A stretch of 64,000 nt of DNA from the NCBI GenBank assembly GCA_964558415.1, contig CAZLDI010000004.1, forward strand, positions 786 through 64,785, in the 5' to 3' direction. This DNA is from an uncultured Dehalococcoidia bacterium. GTDB taxonomy: Bacteria > Chloroflexota > Dehalococcoidia > SM23-28-2 > RBG-16-64-32. Of this stretch, positions 26,568-37,179 are shown piece after piece. Every line of letters starts with the position of its first letter. Position 1 is the first letter of the stretch. The notes under the pieces are model-generated. The model worked only from the letters and a program-made list of their open reading frames with translations, did no database searches and had not been told where the DNA came from. The position numbers and the translations under genes are program-made.

Positions 26568-27686
26568 ATGACGGACGGCGGATCGGGGGATTATCAGGAG
26601 CGGGAGAACACAGCGTTCGCGCCGACGCCCCGCAACGTTGAGGCGTACGTGCACCAGGAGAGAGTGCGCACGATCCACTATGGCATCGGCGCGATCGGCG
26701 CGGAGGTCGTACGGGCCGTCCTGGAGGGGCCCGAGGTTGAGATCGTGGGCGCCATCGATGCGAACCCGGCGGTCGCCGGACGGGACCTGGGGGACGTCGC
26801 CGGATTGGGTCGCAGCCTGGGCGTCACGGTGTCCTACGACGCGGACGCGCTCCTGAACGATGTGTATGCCGACGTTGTAGTGCACTGCACGGGGTCATCT
26901 CTGACGGAGGTGTACCCGCAGATGATGGCGATCCTTGCGGCCGAAAAGAGCATTGTCTCAAGCTGTGAGGAGCTGTCGTTCCCCTTTACGAGGTATCCCG
27001 AAATCTCGCAGAAGCTGGACCGGCGGGCCCGCGATCACGGGGTGCGAGTCCTGGGCACGGGCGTCAATCCGGGCTTTGTGATGGACCTGCTGCCGCTTGC
27101 GCTGGCGACGGTTAGCCGGCAAGTCAAGTCCGTTCACGTTCAGCGAGTGGTTGACACCTCGACGCGACGAATGCAGTTGCAGCGGAAGACCGGTGTGGGG
27201 CTGAGTGTGAAGGCGTTCCAGCAGGGGGCGAATTCCGGCGGCATCGGCCATGTGGGCCTGCGGGAGTCCGCGCTGATGGTTGCCGACACGATGGGATGGA
27301 AGCTGGACGACGTTTCAGAGACGCTGGAGCCGGTGATCGCGCCGGAGCGGCGTCAGAACGAGTACTTCTCAGTGGAGAAGGGCTTCGTGATGGGGCTACG
27401 GCAGTCGGCGGTGGGCGTGATGGGGCGGCGCGAGGTGGTGAGGCTGGACCTGGAGATGTCCCTCGGGGCAAAGGACCCGAGGGACATCATCGAGATTGAC
27501 GGCCGCCCGCCCGTGAAAGTGATGATCCCCGGGGGAATCGCCGGAGATACCGCCACGGCTTCGATCATTGCGAACTGTGTGCCGGCGCTGGCTCGCAGCA
27601 GGTCTGTGGGTCTGCTGACGATGAGAGACCTCCCGCTGGCACCATACTACCGCCCACGCTCCCAATCGCGCGACGACCTGCGTTAA
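26568..27686 (+). CDS. Dihydrodipicolinate reductase-like NAD(P)-binding protein (DapB N-terminal domain family, amine dehydrogenase-like)
   Basis: IHYGIGAIGAEVVRAV Rossmann motif. The ~370-aa architecture is typical of the DapB-like family. Confidence 0.7.
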   Translation: MTDGGSGDYQERENTAFAPTPRNVEAYVHQERVRTIHYGIGAIGAEVVRAVLEGPEVEIVGAIDANPAVAGRDLGDVAGLGRSLGVTVSYDADALLNDVYADVVVHCTGSSLTEVYPQMMAILAAEKSIVSSCEELSFPFTRYPEISQKLDRRARDHGVRVLGTGVNPGFVMDLLPLALATVSRQVKSVHVQRVVDTSTRRMQLQRKTGVGLSVKAFQQGANSGGIGHVGLRESALMVADTMGWKLDDVSETLEPVIAPERRQNEYFSVEKGFVMGLRQSAVGVMGRREVVRLDLEMSLGAKDPRDIIEIDGRPPVKVMIPGGIAGDTATASIIANCVPALARSRSVGLLTMRDLPLAPYYRPRSQSRDDLR

Positions 27687-27712
27687 TTCGCGGGAAATTT
27701 CCTTCGCCGATC

Positions 27713-27976
27713 GTGTATCCGACTGACGGTTCGAGCGTCTTACTTGCTAGGATGTGTCGTCATCGCGGGGAGCTCGGCGTTCGTTGGGACTACTTGACCC
27801 AGGATGAGACCGTGGGGACAGGCTGGATAGTCTGCCTCGGCTGCGAGTCACGCGTGGAGCGCATAACTGTGGCGGGGGGCAGATTTCGCGGTAGCGGGCG
27901 GTTCCTGGCGGCGTTTCAGGAGCAGATTTCGGAACAGAACGCCTTTGCGGGCCTGCGCGAGCTGGAGGTGGACTAG
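27713..27976 (+). CDS. Hypothetical small protein
   Basis: ORF only. WIVCLGCESRVE hints at a Cys pair. Confidence 0.25.
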   Translation: MYPTDGSSVLLARMCRHRGELGVRWDYLTQDETVGTGWIVCLGCESRVERITVAGGRFRGSGRFLAAFQEQISEQNAFAGLRELEVD

Positions 27977-28242
27977 TCGGGGTCCGGCAGCTGACTCTCG
28001 CTGCCGACCAGGTCGGGCATGGCGACCTCTTCCACCTCGTCCAATACTGATGAGTCGTCCTTGGCGCCGTTGGTGAAGATCCGGATGCCGACTATCGCCG
28101 CGCCAGTACTGACGACAATGGCGAGGGTCAGCGCGCCATTCCATTCAAGTGCCATCTATTTCGCAGCTTAGCCCTGCGCTAGTGACCCGTCAACGAATCC
28201 TCATGTAGCCGCGCGACTCGTGGCTCTGCTATTCTCTGTGCC

Positions 28243-29601
28243 GTGGCCAGGCCAAAGACGATACTCGGCACCTACAACCGCCTGCACCGGATTTCGCGGC
28301 GTTTGTACGAAGAGGCGCAGCAGCTGTTCCCATCTGGGGTCACTCATGACGTTCGTTATGTATCTCCGTTCCCGATCTACGTCGATCGCGCTCACGGCAG
28401 CCGCAAGTGGGACGTGGACGGGAACGAGTACGTCGACTACACGATGGGACACGGCGCGCTCTTCTTAGGGCATGCCCACCCGCGCGTCACGCAGGCCGTG
28501 GCGGAGCAGGCGTGGAAGGGGACGCACTATGGAGCCAATCACCGCCTGGAGATGGCATGGGGGCGGCTGGTCAGCGAGATAGTGCCGAGCGCGCAGGTCG
28601 TGCGCTTCACCAGCTCCGGCACGGAGGCGACGCTGATGGCGATCCGGCTGGCACGCGCGTACACCGGACGCGACAAAGTACTCAAGTTCGATCACCACTT
28701 CCACGGATGGCATGACGCAGTCTCCGGCGCGCGCTCCGCGGAGTCCGATTCTCCTCACGCAGCAGGGGTCCCCGAGAGCGTCTCTGGCAACACGCTGAGT
28801 GTGCCGCAAAACGACGTTGGCGCGGTGAACGAAAAACTTGCCGTCGGCGACGTCGCCGCCGTCATCATCGAGCCGACGGGCGCGTCCTGGGGGACGCTAC
28901 CGCTGGATGGTCAATTCCTGGCAGACCTGCGGGACGTGACCGAGCGACATCATACGGTGCTAATCTTCGATGAGGTTGTCACCGGCTTCCGCGTCGCGCC
29001 CGGGGGAGCCCAGGAGCGCTATGGCGTCACGCCCGATCTGACTACTCTTGCAAAGATCCTGGCGGGCGGGCTTCCGGGCGGGGCGGTCGCCGGGAAGGCG
29101 GACATCATCTCAATGATCGAGTTCCGCGATGACGCGGCGTGGAACGCCGAGCGTCGCGTGCAGCATCCGGGGACGTTCAACGCGAACCCACTTTCCGCAG
29201 CGGCCGGAGTCGCGATGCTCTCGATGGTCCAGACGGGCGAGCACCACGAGCATGCGGACGCCCTGGCGGGTCGCCTCGTGCCCGCGCTCAACAAGGTACT
29301 TGCGCGGACCGGGGTTGCGGGAGCGGTGTACGGCCTGGCGTCCTATTTCCACATCGTGCTCGGTCATGAGGTTGCCCGGCCCAGCGACAGCATCGAATGG
29401 CCCTCGACCAACGGCACACCACCGCGGATGTCCGGTGCAATCGCAATGGCGCTCAAGAAGGCGATGCTCAACCGCGGCGTTGACCTGATGGGCGGAGCCG
29501 GAGGATTTGTCTCCGGCGTGCATACAGAGACCGACACCGACCTAACAGTAGACGCGTTTGAGGGCGCCGTGACGGACCTTCGGAGAGAAGGACTACTCTA
29601 A
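28243..29601 (+). CDS. Class III (GSA-aminomutase-like) PLP-dependent aminotransferase
   Basis: DVDGNEYVDYTMGHGALFLGHAHP and the VIFDEVVTGFR PLP-binding region. Confidence 0.85.
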   Translation: MARPKTILGTYNRLHRISRRLYEEAQQLFPSGVTHDVRYVSPFPIYVDRAHGSRKWDVDGNEYVDYTMGHGALFLGHAHPRVTQAVAEQAWKGTHYGANHRLEMAWGRLVSEIVPSAQVVRFTSSGTEATLMAIRLARAYTGRDKVLKFDHHFHGWHDAVSGARSAESDSPHAAGVPESVSGNTLSVPQNDVGAVNEKLAVGDVAAVIIEPTGASWGTLPLDGQFLADLRDVTERHHTVLIFDEVVTGFRVAPGGAQERYGVTPDLTTLAKILAGGLPGGAVAGKADIISMIEFRDDAAWNAERRVQHPGTFNANPLSAAAGVAMLSMVQTGEHHEHADALAGRLVPALNKVLARTGVAGAVYGLASYFHIVLGHEVARPSDSIEWPSTNGTPPRMSGAIAMALKKAMLNRGVDLMGGAGGFVSGVHTETDTDLTVDAFEGAVTDLRREGLL

Positions 29602-29646
29602 GCACTCGGTATCGCCGATTATCGTGCCGTATAATCGGCGATACCG

Positions 29647-30864
29647 ATGAACCCGAACGAACGCCGCCTGATCGGTCACGTCGCCACGGCGCACGCCCTC
29701 GTCCACATCATGGAGCTTACGTATCCGGCTCTGCTGACACGCATCGAGGACGATTTCGGGGTCCGGGCCGTGATCAGCGGAGCGATCGCTTCCGTCTTCG
29801 GCTGGGCGTTCGGGAGCAGCGCCATTCCAGCGGGGTTCCTGACGGACCGGCTGGGCTCGCGCCGCGTTCTCGTGTACGCGTTCAGCAGCGCGACGGTGAT
29901 GGCGGTCTGTGTCGCACTGGCGCCGAACGAGTGGTTTCTCGCGGCAGCGCTGGCGGGCCTCGGGCTGTCGATTGGTCTCTACCATCCGGCGGGTCTTTCG
30001 GCGATGGCCCAAGGGGTGCAGCAACGCGGCCTGGCGCTCGGGCTACACGGGGTGGCCGGCAACCTTGGTCAAGCCATAGCCCCGGCGATCGCGATAGGAC
30101 TGGCGCTCGCTGTCGACTGGCGGCTCGCGTTCTTCGCCGTGGCCGCTCTCTCTGCAGTCCTCGCCTTCATCCTCGCAACCGCGCATCTACCGGTACACGG
30201 AGAGAGCGAGGTGTTGGAGCGCGGGCAACCGCTTCGGGCCGCGGAGAATGGCTCGAAGCGAAACCAACTCTGGGCGCCGCTGCTACTGGTCTACGCCGCA
30301 TTCGTGGTCAGCGGCGTCGTCTATCGCGGAGTGATCACGTTCCTGCCCAAGCACCTGGAGGAGATGGTCGATAAGGACTTCGGCGCGGCGTTCGTTACCG
30401 TAGCGCTGATCATGGGCGCCGTTGGCCAGATAGTGGGCGGGGCGATTTCGCAGGGTATCCGCCTTGAGCGCATGGCCCCGGTGATCGGCATCCTGACGCT
30501 GCCGGCGCTGGTCCTGACAGCCGTGAGCGGGGGAGCCGCCCTGGTGTTGTTCGCTTCGCTGTTCATCTTCCTCTACTTCGCGAACCAGCCCGTATTCACA
30601 GGGCTCATAGCGGACTACTCACCGGCGGGCGCGGTGGGTCGCAGTTACGGTATCTCCTTCTTCGCCGGCTTCGGGCTCGGCTCTACAGGTGGGGTGATCG
30701 CGGGCGCCCTCGTCGACTGGCGGGACACGCAGACGGCGTTCCTTGGCCTGACCGGTTTCCTTGCTGTTGTTGTCCTGCTAAGCCTCGTCCTGTGGTCACT
30801 GGCTGAGCGGCGAGGACTGGGAGGGCAACTGGTGGTTCCACCGGCGCCGGAGGCGGCCGGCTAA
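29647..30864 (+). CDS. MFS transporter
   Basis: 405 aa with about 12 predicted TM segments and an MFS loop motif. Confidence 0.8.
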   Translation: MNPNERRLIGHVATAHALVHIMELTYPALLTRIEDDFGVRAVISGAIASVFGWAFGSSAIPAGFLTDRLGSRRVLVYAFSSATVMAVCVALAPNEWFLAAALAGLGLSIGLYHPAGLSAMAQGVQQRGLALGLHGVAGNLGQAIAPAIAIGLALAVDWRLAFFAVAALSAVLAFILATAHLPVHGESEVLERGQPLRAAENGSKRNQLWAPLLLVYAAFVVSGVVYRGVITFLPKHLEEMVDKDFGAAFVTVALIMGAVGQIVGGAISQGIRLERMAPVIGILTLPALVLTAVSGGAALVLFASLFIFLYFANQPVFTGLIADYSPAGAVGRSYGISFFAGFGLGSTGGVIAGALVDWRDTQTAFLGLTGFLAVVVLLSLVLWSLAERRGLGGQLVVPPAPEAAG

Positions 30865-31703
30865 TGGGTGCGCTCGCCGGCAAGGTCGCCATCGTGACAG
30901 GCGCCGCCCGGATGCGCGGAATTGGACGGGCGATCGCGTTGCGTCTGGCGGAAGACGGCGCGGACGTAGCGGTGACCGCGCTGAAGCGGGCGCCCAAGTC
31001 GTTCCCGCCGCATGAACGCGAGGCCGGGTGGTCTGGTCTGGAGTCGGTCGCCGAAGAGATCAGCGCGCTGGGCCGCCGCACGCTGGCGCTGGACGTTGAT
31101 GTTACGAAGCCGGTCGAGGCACGCGGTATGGTGGATGCCGCACGGCGCGAGTTTGGGCGAGTCGATATACTCGTCAACAACGCTGGATTAGCTCTCGTTT
31201 CAGGCAAGAAGAGCCTATGGGAGATGGACGATGACGAGTGGTACCGCGAGATCGACGTCAACCTGCATGGCGTTTATCACTGCTGCAAGGCGGCGGCAAA
31301 GGTCCTGGTGGAGCAGGACGAGGGCGGACGCATAATCAACATATCCTCGCTCGCCGGGCGTGAGGGGCAGGCGCAGTACGGCGGTTATACGCCCGCAAAG
31401 TTCGCCGTGGTTGGCTTGACCCAAATGCTGGCCAAAGAGCTCGCGCCGCATAAGGTGACCGTGAACGCGCTCTGCCCGGGCTCCACGGACACCGACATGA
31501 TGGATGGGACGTTCCAGCGCACCGGCGATCGCATGGGCATCCCGTTCGACGCGATCAAACAGGGAGTCCGGTTCTTCATCCCGCTCGGCCGTCAGGCGGA
31601 GCCGCGCGAGATGGCTTCTGTCGTCGCCTTTCTAGCGTCCCCGGCCGCCGACTACATCACCGGCCAGTCGGTCAACGTGGACGGCGGAATTTTGATGAGA
31701 TAG
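30864..31703 (+). CDS. SDR family oxidoreductase
   Basis: Rossmann motif TGAARMRGIGRA, NNAG, and the active-site YTPAKFA (YxxxK). Confidence 0.85.
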   Translation: MGALAGKVAIVTGAARMRGIGRAIALRLAEDGADVAVTALKRAPKSFPPHEREAGWSGLESVAEEISALGRRTLALDVDVTKPVEARGMVDAARREFGRVDILVNNAGLALVSGKKSLWEMDDDEWYREIDVNLHGVYHCCKAAAKVLVEQDEGGRIINISSLAGREGQAQYGGYTPAKFAVVGLTQMLAKELAPHKVTVNALCPGSTDTDMMDGTFQRTGDRMGIPFDAIKQGVRFFIPLGRQAEPREMASVVAFLASPAADYITGQSVNVDGGILMR

Positions 31704-31729
31704 CGCGCTGTTATTCCAAGGAGCACCTG

Positions 31730-32533
31730 ATGTACGAACAGATCACCTACGAAAAATCAGACGGTATCGCTACGATCACTCTGAACCGGCCGGAGCGGAT
31801 GAACGCCTTCACGCCGCTGATGCTCAACGAGTGGCTCGATGCCTTAAGCGACGCGCACACGGACGACGGGATCCGCGCCGTAATCCTGACCGGCACCGGG
31901 CGGGGGTTCTGCACGGGTGCGGACGTTGCCCGTGGCGGCGAGGGCATCTCCCTGGTGGACCGCAGCCGTTCGCCTGTCGACAACCGTAACTTTCTGCGCG
32001 ACAGCGTCCAGCGCATCCCGCGCCTCGTCTCGATCATGGAGAAGCCGTACCTCGCCGCAGTGAACGGCGCAGCGGTGGGGGCCGGGATGGACATGGCTTC
32101 GATGTGCGACATGCGCTTCGCAGCGGAGAGCGCCCGCTTCGGAATGACCTACGTCCGCATGGGGCTCATCCCGGGCGACGGGGGCTGTTACTTCCTCCCC
32201 CGCATCGTCGGCATGGCGAAGGCGCTCGACCTGATCTGGACCGGCCGCCTTTTCGACGCTAAAGAGGCCCTCGAGATGGGTTACGTGAGCGCAGTGGTTC
32301 CGGACGAGCAGCTGATCACATACACACGAGAATACGCTGCCAGGCTGGTGAGCGGACCCGCCGTGGCTATCCAGCAGGCGAAGCGGCTGGCCTATCGCTC
32401 GCAGGACGTCACGCTGGATTCCGCGCTCGACCTGGCGCAGCAGGCGATGTTCATCGCGCAGAGCACCGAAGACTCGCGGGAGGGTCCCCGTGCGTTCGCG
32501 GAGAAGCGGGAACCGGAGTTCAAGGGGCGCTAG
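31730..32533 (+). CDS. Enoyl-CoA hydratase/isomerase (crotonase family)
   Basis: ITLNRPERMNAF, GTGRGFCTGADV and AAVNGAAVGAGMDMA. Confidence 0.85.
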   Translation: MYEQITYEKSDGIATITLNRPERMNAFTPLMLNEWLDALSDAHTDDGIRAVILTGTGRGFCTGADVARGGEGISLVDRSRSPVDNRNFLRDSVQRIPRLVSIMEKPYLAAVNGAAVGAGMDMASMCDMRFAAESARFGMTYVRMGLIPGDGGCYFLPRIVGMAKALDLIWTGRLFDAKEALEMGYVSAVVPDEQLITYTREYAARLVSGPAVAIQQAKRLAYRSQDVTLDSALDLAQQAMFIAQSTEDSREGPRAFAEKREPEFKGR

Positions 32534-33647
32534 AAGGCGCTGGCGATCTGCGGGCCGCCAGTTGCTCACTCGCCGCCTTCATTCCATCCAGCACCGCCTG
32601 CGCCTCCGCGCCTGCCATTGGCCCTGGCTGCGCATAATCCTCAATTAGAGTCGGGACGAACTCCACGCCCACGAGCGTGTCGTCGTAGAAGGTGTACCGA
32701 CCGATGACGCTGACGCGCGTCTCGTAACTCCACATCTGATCGAAGATGAAGTTCCCGTGCGCGTAGGCGATGAACTTCCCCTTGTACAACTCCGCTGCCT
32801 GCACCCAGTGCGGGTGGTTGCCGATGATCAGGTCCGCGCCGTTGTCGACCGCCAGGTGCGCGATCTCGATCGGGTCGTCAGGCGCGACGCCGCCCGCCGC
32901 CTGCGGCAGCGACACGTACTCCGCGCCCCAGTGGAAGGAGACCGTCAAAACGTCCACTTGAGGCCGCAGCGCCGCGATCTGTGCCGCCATCGCCTTCCGG
33001 TCGATCGCTTCGCCGACGCCGTTGAAAGCGAGGAAGCCGAACGTGAGGCCACGTACGCCGATCATCGCCGCTGATGTACGGTCCGCCCAGGCGATGTCGG
33101 CAGCATCGAGGTGCGCGATCGTCTCGTCGATTCCGGCGGCACCGTAGTTACCGGTGTGATTGTTCTCCAGCGTCACAACGTCCACGCCCGCTGCCTGGAG
33201 CGCGGCGGTGAACCCGGGCCGCCCGCAGAACACGAAGCCGGAGTCATGATACGGGCAGCTCGCGATGAGGGGCGCCTCAAGGTTGATCAGCGTGATGTCC
33301 CCGGTGGACGTGATGTCCCTGGTTGCCACGACTGGATACAGGAAATCGTCGCCGCGATTGCGAATCGTCACGTCCGTGTAGCGCGCCGGAATCACGTCGC
33401 CTGTGGCAATCAGTACGCGGAGACGGGAAGGGTCGAGCCCCAGGACCGAGAGATCACGCGGCGGAAACACGTCTGCCAGGCCCAGCGCCCGCTGTGGCGT
33501 CGGCGATGGCGACGCCGCGGGCGACGGTGTGCGCCGAGGCGTGGAGGCGGGTGAAGGCGTTCGGCGGCCGTCCTGCGACTGACCATCGGCACACGATGGC
33601 CCGAGCACGGCGATGGCAATTAGCAAGGGCACAAAGAAGCTCTTCAT
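32520..33647 (-). CDS. CapA family metallophosphatase-like protein (poly-gamma-glutamate capsule synthesis-type), a likely lipoprotein
   Basis: The signal and lipobox-like sequence MKSFFVPLLIAIAVLGPSC is followed by a PGA_cap domain (GNHPHW). The N-terminus was trimmed to the ATG at 33647. Confidence 0.75.
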   Translation of the reverse strand: MKSFFVPLLIAIAVLGPSCADGQSQDGRRTPSPASTPRRTPSPAASPSPTPQRALGLADVFPPRDLSVLGLDPSRLRVLIATGDVIPARYTDVTIRNRGDDFLYPVVATRDITSTGDITLINLEAPLIASCPYHDSGFVFCGRPGFTAALQAAGVDVVTLENNHTGNYGAAGIDETIAHLDAADIAWADRTSAAMIGVRGLTFGFLAFNGVGEAIDRKAMAAQIAALRPQVDVLTVSFHWGAEYVSLPQAAGGVAPDDPIEIAHLAVDNGADLIIGNHPHWVQAAELYKGKFIAYAHGNFIFDQMWSYETRVSVIGRYTFYDDTLVGVEFVPTLIEDYAQPGPMAGAEAQAVLDGMKAASEQLAARRSPAPSSAP

Positions 33648-33752
33648 TACGCGGTCCACTATCAGATAACGCTCGTTGGGTCGCTCCGGCATCTCGCCGG
33701 ACGCGTCACGGAGGCTGCTGTTGTATACTGTCGCCGTTTCAGGGAGAGCAAC

Positions 33753-34937
33753 ATGGAGTTCAGTTTTACCCGCGAAGAAGAGGCCTTCCGCCAGGAGATC
33801 CGGGGGTTTCTCCGCGACGAGATGCCGGACCAGGAGGGCGGTGTCCTCGGCGCGCTAGGGGAGGGCGGCGAAGAACGCTGGGCCGCGCAACTTGTCTTTC
33901 AGAAGAAGCTCGCCGCGAAGGGGTATCTGACGCTCGGCTGGCCGCAGGACCATGGGGGGATGGGCGCGTCACACATGATGCAGGTCATCTACAACGAGGA
34001 GATGACCTACCACCGCGCGCCCACGCAGCTCGGCGTTGGCCCTGACCGCGTGGGGCCGACGATTATCCTGTATGGCTCTGACGAGCAGAAAGCCCGGTAC
34101 CTGCCGGGCATCACGGCGGCCGAAGAGGTCTGGTGCCAGGGGTTCAGCGAGCCCGGCGCGGGGTCGGACCTCGCCTCACTGGAGACGAGAGCCGTGGCGG
34201 ATGCAGACGAGTTCGTCGTCAACGGGCAGAAGATCTGGACGTCGTTCGCGCACAAAGCGGACTACTGCATCCTGCTGGCCCGCACCGACCAGGACGCCCC
34301 GAAACACAAGGGGATCAGCTACTTCATCCTGGACATGAAGACGCCCGGTATCGAGATCCGGCCGCTGGTCGACATGCTGGGTCGCCACACGTTCAACCAG
34401 CTCTTCTTCGAGAACGTGCGCATCCCGCGCGACTGTCTGATGGGCGAACTGAATCGCGGCTGGTACGTCGCCGCCGCCACGCTGGACTTCGAACGATCAG
34501 GAATCAACCGCGTGGTCGCGGGCTATCGAACGCTCGAGGAGCTGCTGGAGTGGGCGGCGCAGGCTAGTCGCAACGGCGGGCGTGTCATCGAAGAAGGGCC
34601 GGTCCGCAACAAGCTGGCCGAACTGGCAATCGAGTTCCAGACCGGACGGATGCTGGCCTATCGAGTCGCCTCGATGCAGGCGAAGGGGCAGATACCAAAC
34701 GCGGAGGCTTCGATGTCCAAGCTGTTCGGCTCGGAGCTACAACAGCGACTGGGGGGTGCGGGGATGCAGATCCTGGGCACGGCGGGGATGCTGGAGCCGG
34801 GCAGTGGCTGGGCGCCGCTGGGCGGGCGCCTTGAGCAGTATTACCTGTTCGCCGCCGCGCTGACCGTTGCGGCCGGCACCAGTGAGATTCAGCGCGGCAT
34901 CATAGCCGGGCGCGGCCTGTCGCTGCCGCGCGGTTAA
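33753..34937 (+). CDS. Acyl-CoA dehydrogenase
   Basis: The ACAD N-terminal, middle and C-terminal domains are present (GFSEPGAGSDLASLETRA...). Confidence 0.85.
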   Translation: MEFSFTREEEAFRQEIRGFLRDEMPDQEGGVLGALGEGGEERWAAQLVFQKKLAAKGYLTLGWPQDHGGMGASHMMQVIYNEEMTYHRAPTQLGVGPDRVGPTIILYGSDEQKARYLPGITAAEEVWCQGFSEPGAGSDLASLETRAVADADEFVVNGQKIWTSFAHKADYCILLARTDQDAPKHKGISYFILDMKTPGIEIRPLVDMLGRHTFNQLFFENVRIPRDCLMGELNRGWYVAAATLDFERSGINRVVAGYRTLEELLEWAAQASRNGGRVIEEGPVRNKLAELAIEFQTGRMLAYRVASMQAKGQIPNAEASMSKLFGSELQQRLGGAGMQILGTAGMLEPGSGWAPLGGRLEQYYLFAAALTVAAGTSEIQRGIIAGRGLSLPRG

Positions 34938-34950
34938 TCAAAGTTCTCGC

Positions 34951-35517
34951 GTGGGCGCTGCATACCCGGACACGCCACCTGCGGATCAGCAACAAAGACG
35001 AGCGCGTGCCTACCAGTACATCTTCGCGGTGGCCCTGGCCGCTGTCGGCGGGCTCATGGGCATCGCCGGGGCGTTCGTCGAGGAATCTCAGAGCCTCAAC
35101 TTCCTCCTGGTACTTGTGATCGGCGCGCCGGTTATCGAAGAGGCGCTCAAACCGACGGGTGTATACATCGCACTCATCCGCTGGCCCCAAGCGCTAAGGA
35201 GCCAGGTCTTTACTGCTCTGCTGGCCGCACTCGGTGGTCTCGTCTTCGGGATCATCGAAAGCATCGTTTATGTGACGGTCTACGTGGACGATCCTGAGGA
35301 CTGGTTCGTCCTGTACCGGTTTTCGGTGACCCTCGGACTGCACGCGGTAGCGAGCTACATAGTTGGACTCGGGATCAATTACGCTGTCATTGACTGGGCG
35401 CAGGGCCGTGCGCCATTGCCCAGGGCGAGCCGCAACTTCTACATCGCCGGCGTGGCCCTGCATGCTGTGTACAATACCGTAGCCCTGGGACTTGGCATCG
35501 CCGGCGTGTTCGACTGA
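34951..35517 (+). CDS. PrsW family intramembrane glutamic-type metalloprotease
   Basis: EEALK (EExxK), FGIIES and HAVYN motifs on a polytopic membrane scaffold. Confidence 0.7.
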   Translation: MGAAYPDTPPADQQQRRARAYQYIFAVALAAVGGLMGIAGAFVEESQSLNFLLVLVIGAPVIEEALKPTGVYIALIRWPQALRSQVFTALLAALGGLVFGIIESIVYVTVYVDDPEDWFVLYRFSVTLGLHAVASYIVGLGINYAVIDWAQGRAPLPRASRNFYIAGVALHAVYNTVALGLGIAGVFD

Positions 35518-35535
35518 GTTTCCGGGAGGAGGATA

Positions 35536-36021
35536 GTGATGGATATCGAGACGATCAGACGGCACTGCGCCATCTGTGGAGTAGACACGGAGATGCCCAG
35601 GGACACGCTGGGAGGGATGGCCATCGCGCCGGCAATGATCGCGAAGGCGCTGAGCGAAGCCGGCCTGGCGGCCGCCGAAGGCTGGTCCGCAGGGGAAGTA
35701 GCGGTCCATCTGGCGGACACCGAGGTGGTTACAGGCTGGCGCATTCGCCAGACGCTGGCTGAAGACACGCCCGAACTGCAGCCCTACGACCAGGAGAAGT
35801 GGGCGGCCGCGCTGCACTACCGACAGCGAGACGCCACCGCAGCGCTCGAAGCCTTTTCCGCGGCACGTCGTGCGAATCTGGAGATCTTGCGGCTGCTGAC
35901 GGACGAGGACTGGGAGCGCACCTACATTCAGCCTGAATATGGCCGGATGACGCTACGAGCGCTGATTCGCCACAAGTCGGACCACGACCTGGCGCACCTC
36001 AAGCAGATACGTGGGGTGTAA
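35536..36021 (+). CDS. DinB/YfiT-like (DinB_2) family protein
   Basis: Four-helix-bundle metal-dependent family pattern with C-terminal HDLAH. Confidence 0.65.
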   Translation: MMDIETIRRHCAICGVDTEMPRDTLGGMAIAPAMIAKALSEAGLAAAEGWSAGEVAVHLADTEVVTGWRIRQTLAEDTPELQPYDQEKWAAALHYRQRDATAALEAFSAARRANLEILRLLTDEDWERTYIQPEYGRMTLRALIRHKSDHDLAHLKQIRGV

Positions 36022-36031
36022 CAGCGCGAGC

Positions 36032-37126
36032 CTAAGCCTCGCGCAGGCGCCGGAACTCCTCGCCGATGATCCGCCAGACGACATCCGGCCGCGCGCAGCG
36101 AATCTGCGACATCGACTCGGTCGCACGAAAGCTCCACGCCGCGACATGAGTGGCGCCCACGTCCTCGGCCACACGCAGTCCGGTCCTCAACTCCTCCTCA
36201 CGCCCGTCAGGCACGGAGAACGCCTGCACCCAGAGCTGCAGGCCGAGTTTGCGCCGCTGCGCGGCTTTCGCCGCAGCCTCGCTGAATGTATGCATGAATG
36301 GTTCCGCCTCGGTGCCGAACAGGTACCAGTACGGATCGCAACCGAAGACGTCGAGGTCCGGAATCGCCGCTGCTGACTCGAAGTCGGCGACACCGATGTG
36401 CATCATCGCTTCGATCGCTCCCTCCGAAGCGTTCGTCAAGCGCCGCTCAAGCGCGCGCCGCAGCCGTTGCTCGGGCTCGGGGAAGCCATGCGCGCCGACA
36501 TCGGTGGGTATCAGGCAGAGCGCGTTGCGCAGCCCCTGTTCGCGTCCGTGGCGGCATAGCTCCGTCAGCAGTTCGAGGAGCGACGCCTCTCTAAACGTGC
36601 GAACGTCCGGCGTGAACTCCGACGGCATCGCGTGACCCAAGCGATCATGGAAGAGCTGGAGGCAGACCTGACATCGGCATGCCCACGCGCCCGAAAGGTC
36701 GCCCCGCCAGAGCGTCGCATAGAAGTGAGGCTCGTCCCAGAAGAGCACGTCCCCGCCCGCCGCTGCGCAGGCATCGATCCATCCCCGCAGGAACGCGCGG
36801 GTTTCCGGATGGTTCGGACACGCGGCACCGACGCGCCGACCGTCCGAAAGGACCTGCCACGTCTCCGGATGCTCCAGCGGAAAGCGCGTGAACGTCTCGC
36901 CTGAAAAGATCCCGGCCAGACCCCACGGGTCGTACCAGACTTCCAGCCCGGCGTCCTTGGTCGCCGTAGAGATATCGCCCATCGTGTCGCGGTAGTACGC
37001 GAGGTCGGTCTCGGTGAAGCATTGAACAACGTAGCTGCACCCGTGATCGGCCATCTCTCGCAGGTCCGGGCGCACTTGCCTAAGGTCGCGGGTGGAGAAG
37101 TAGCTCACGCCGGTCTGAATCGCCAC
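36032..37126 (-). CDS. Hypothetical protein, possibly a TIM-barrel hydrolase-like fold
   Basis: A 364-aa ORF with good codon bias. No confident family assignment. Confidence 0.6.
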   Translation of the reverse strand: MAIQTGVSYFSTRDLRQVRPDLREMADHGCSYVVQCFTETDLAYYRDTMGDISTATKDAGLEVWYDPWGLAGIFSGETFTRFPLEHPETWQVLSDGRRVGAACPNHPETRAFLRGWIDACAAAGGDVLFWDEPHFYATLWRGDLSGAWACRCQVCLQLFHDRLGHAMPSEFTPDVRTFREASLLELLTELCRHGREQGLRNALCLIPTDVGAHGFPEPEQRLRRALERRLTNASEGAIEAMMHIGVADFESAAAIPDLDVFGCDPYWYLFGTEAEPFMHTFSEAAAKAAQRRKLGLQLWVQAFSVPDGREEELRTGLRVAEDVGATHVAAWSFRATESMSQIRCARPDVVWRIIGEEFRRLREA

Positions 37127-37179
37127 GGCTCATCACAATAGCAGCATCTGCACCATCGAAGCTATCCGGTGCACGGAAT

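Noticed and set aside
33323-34045. 240-aa plus-strand Arg/Pro-rich ORF
   Set aside because: It overlaps the CapA gene on the opposite strand and the ACAD start. Low complexity.
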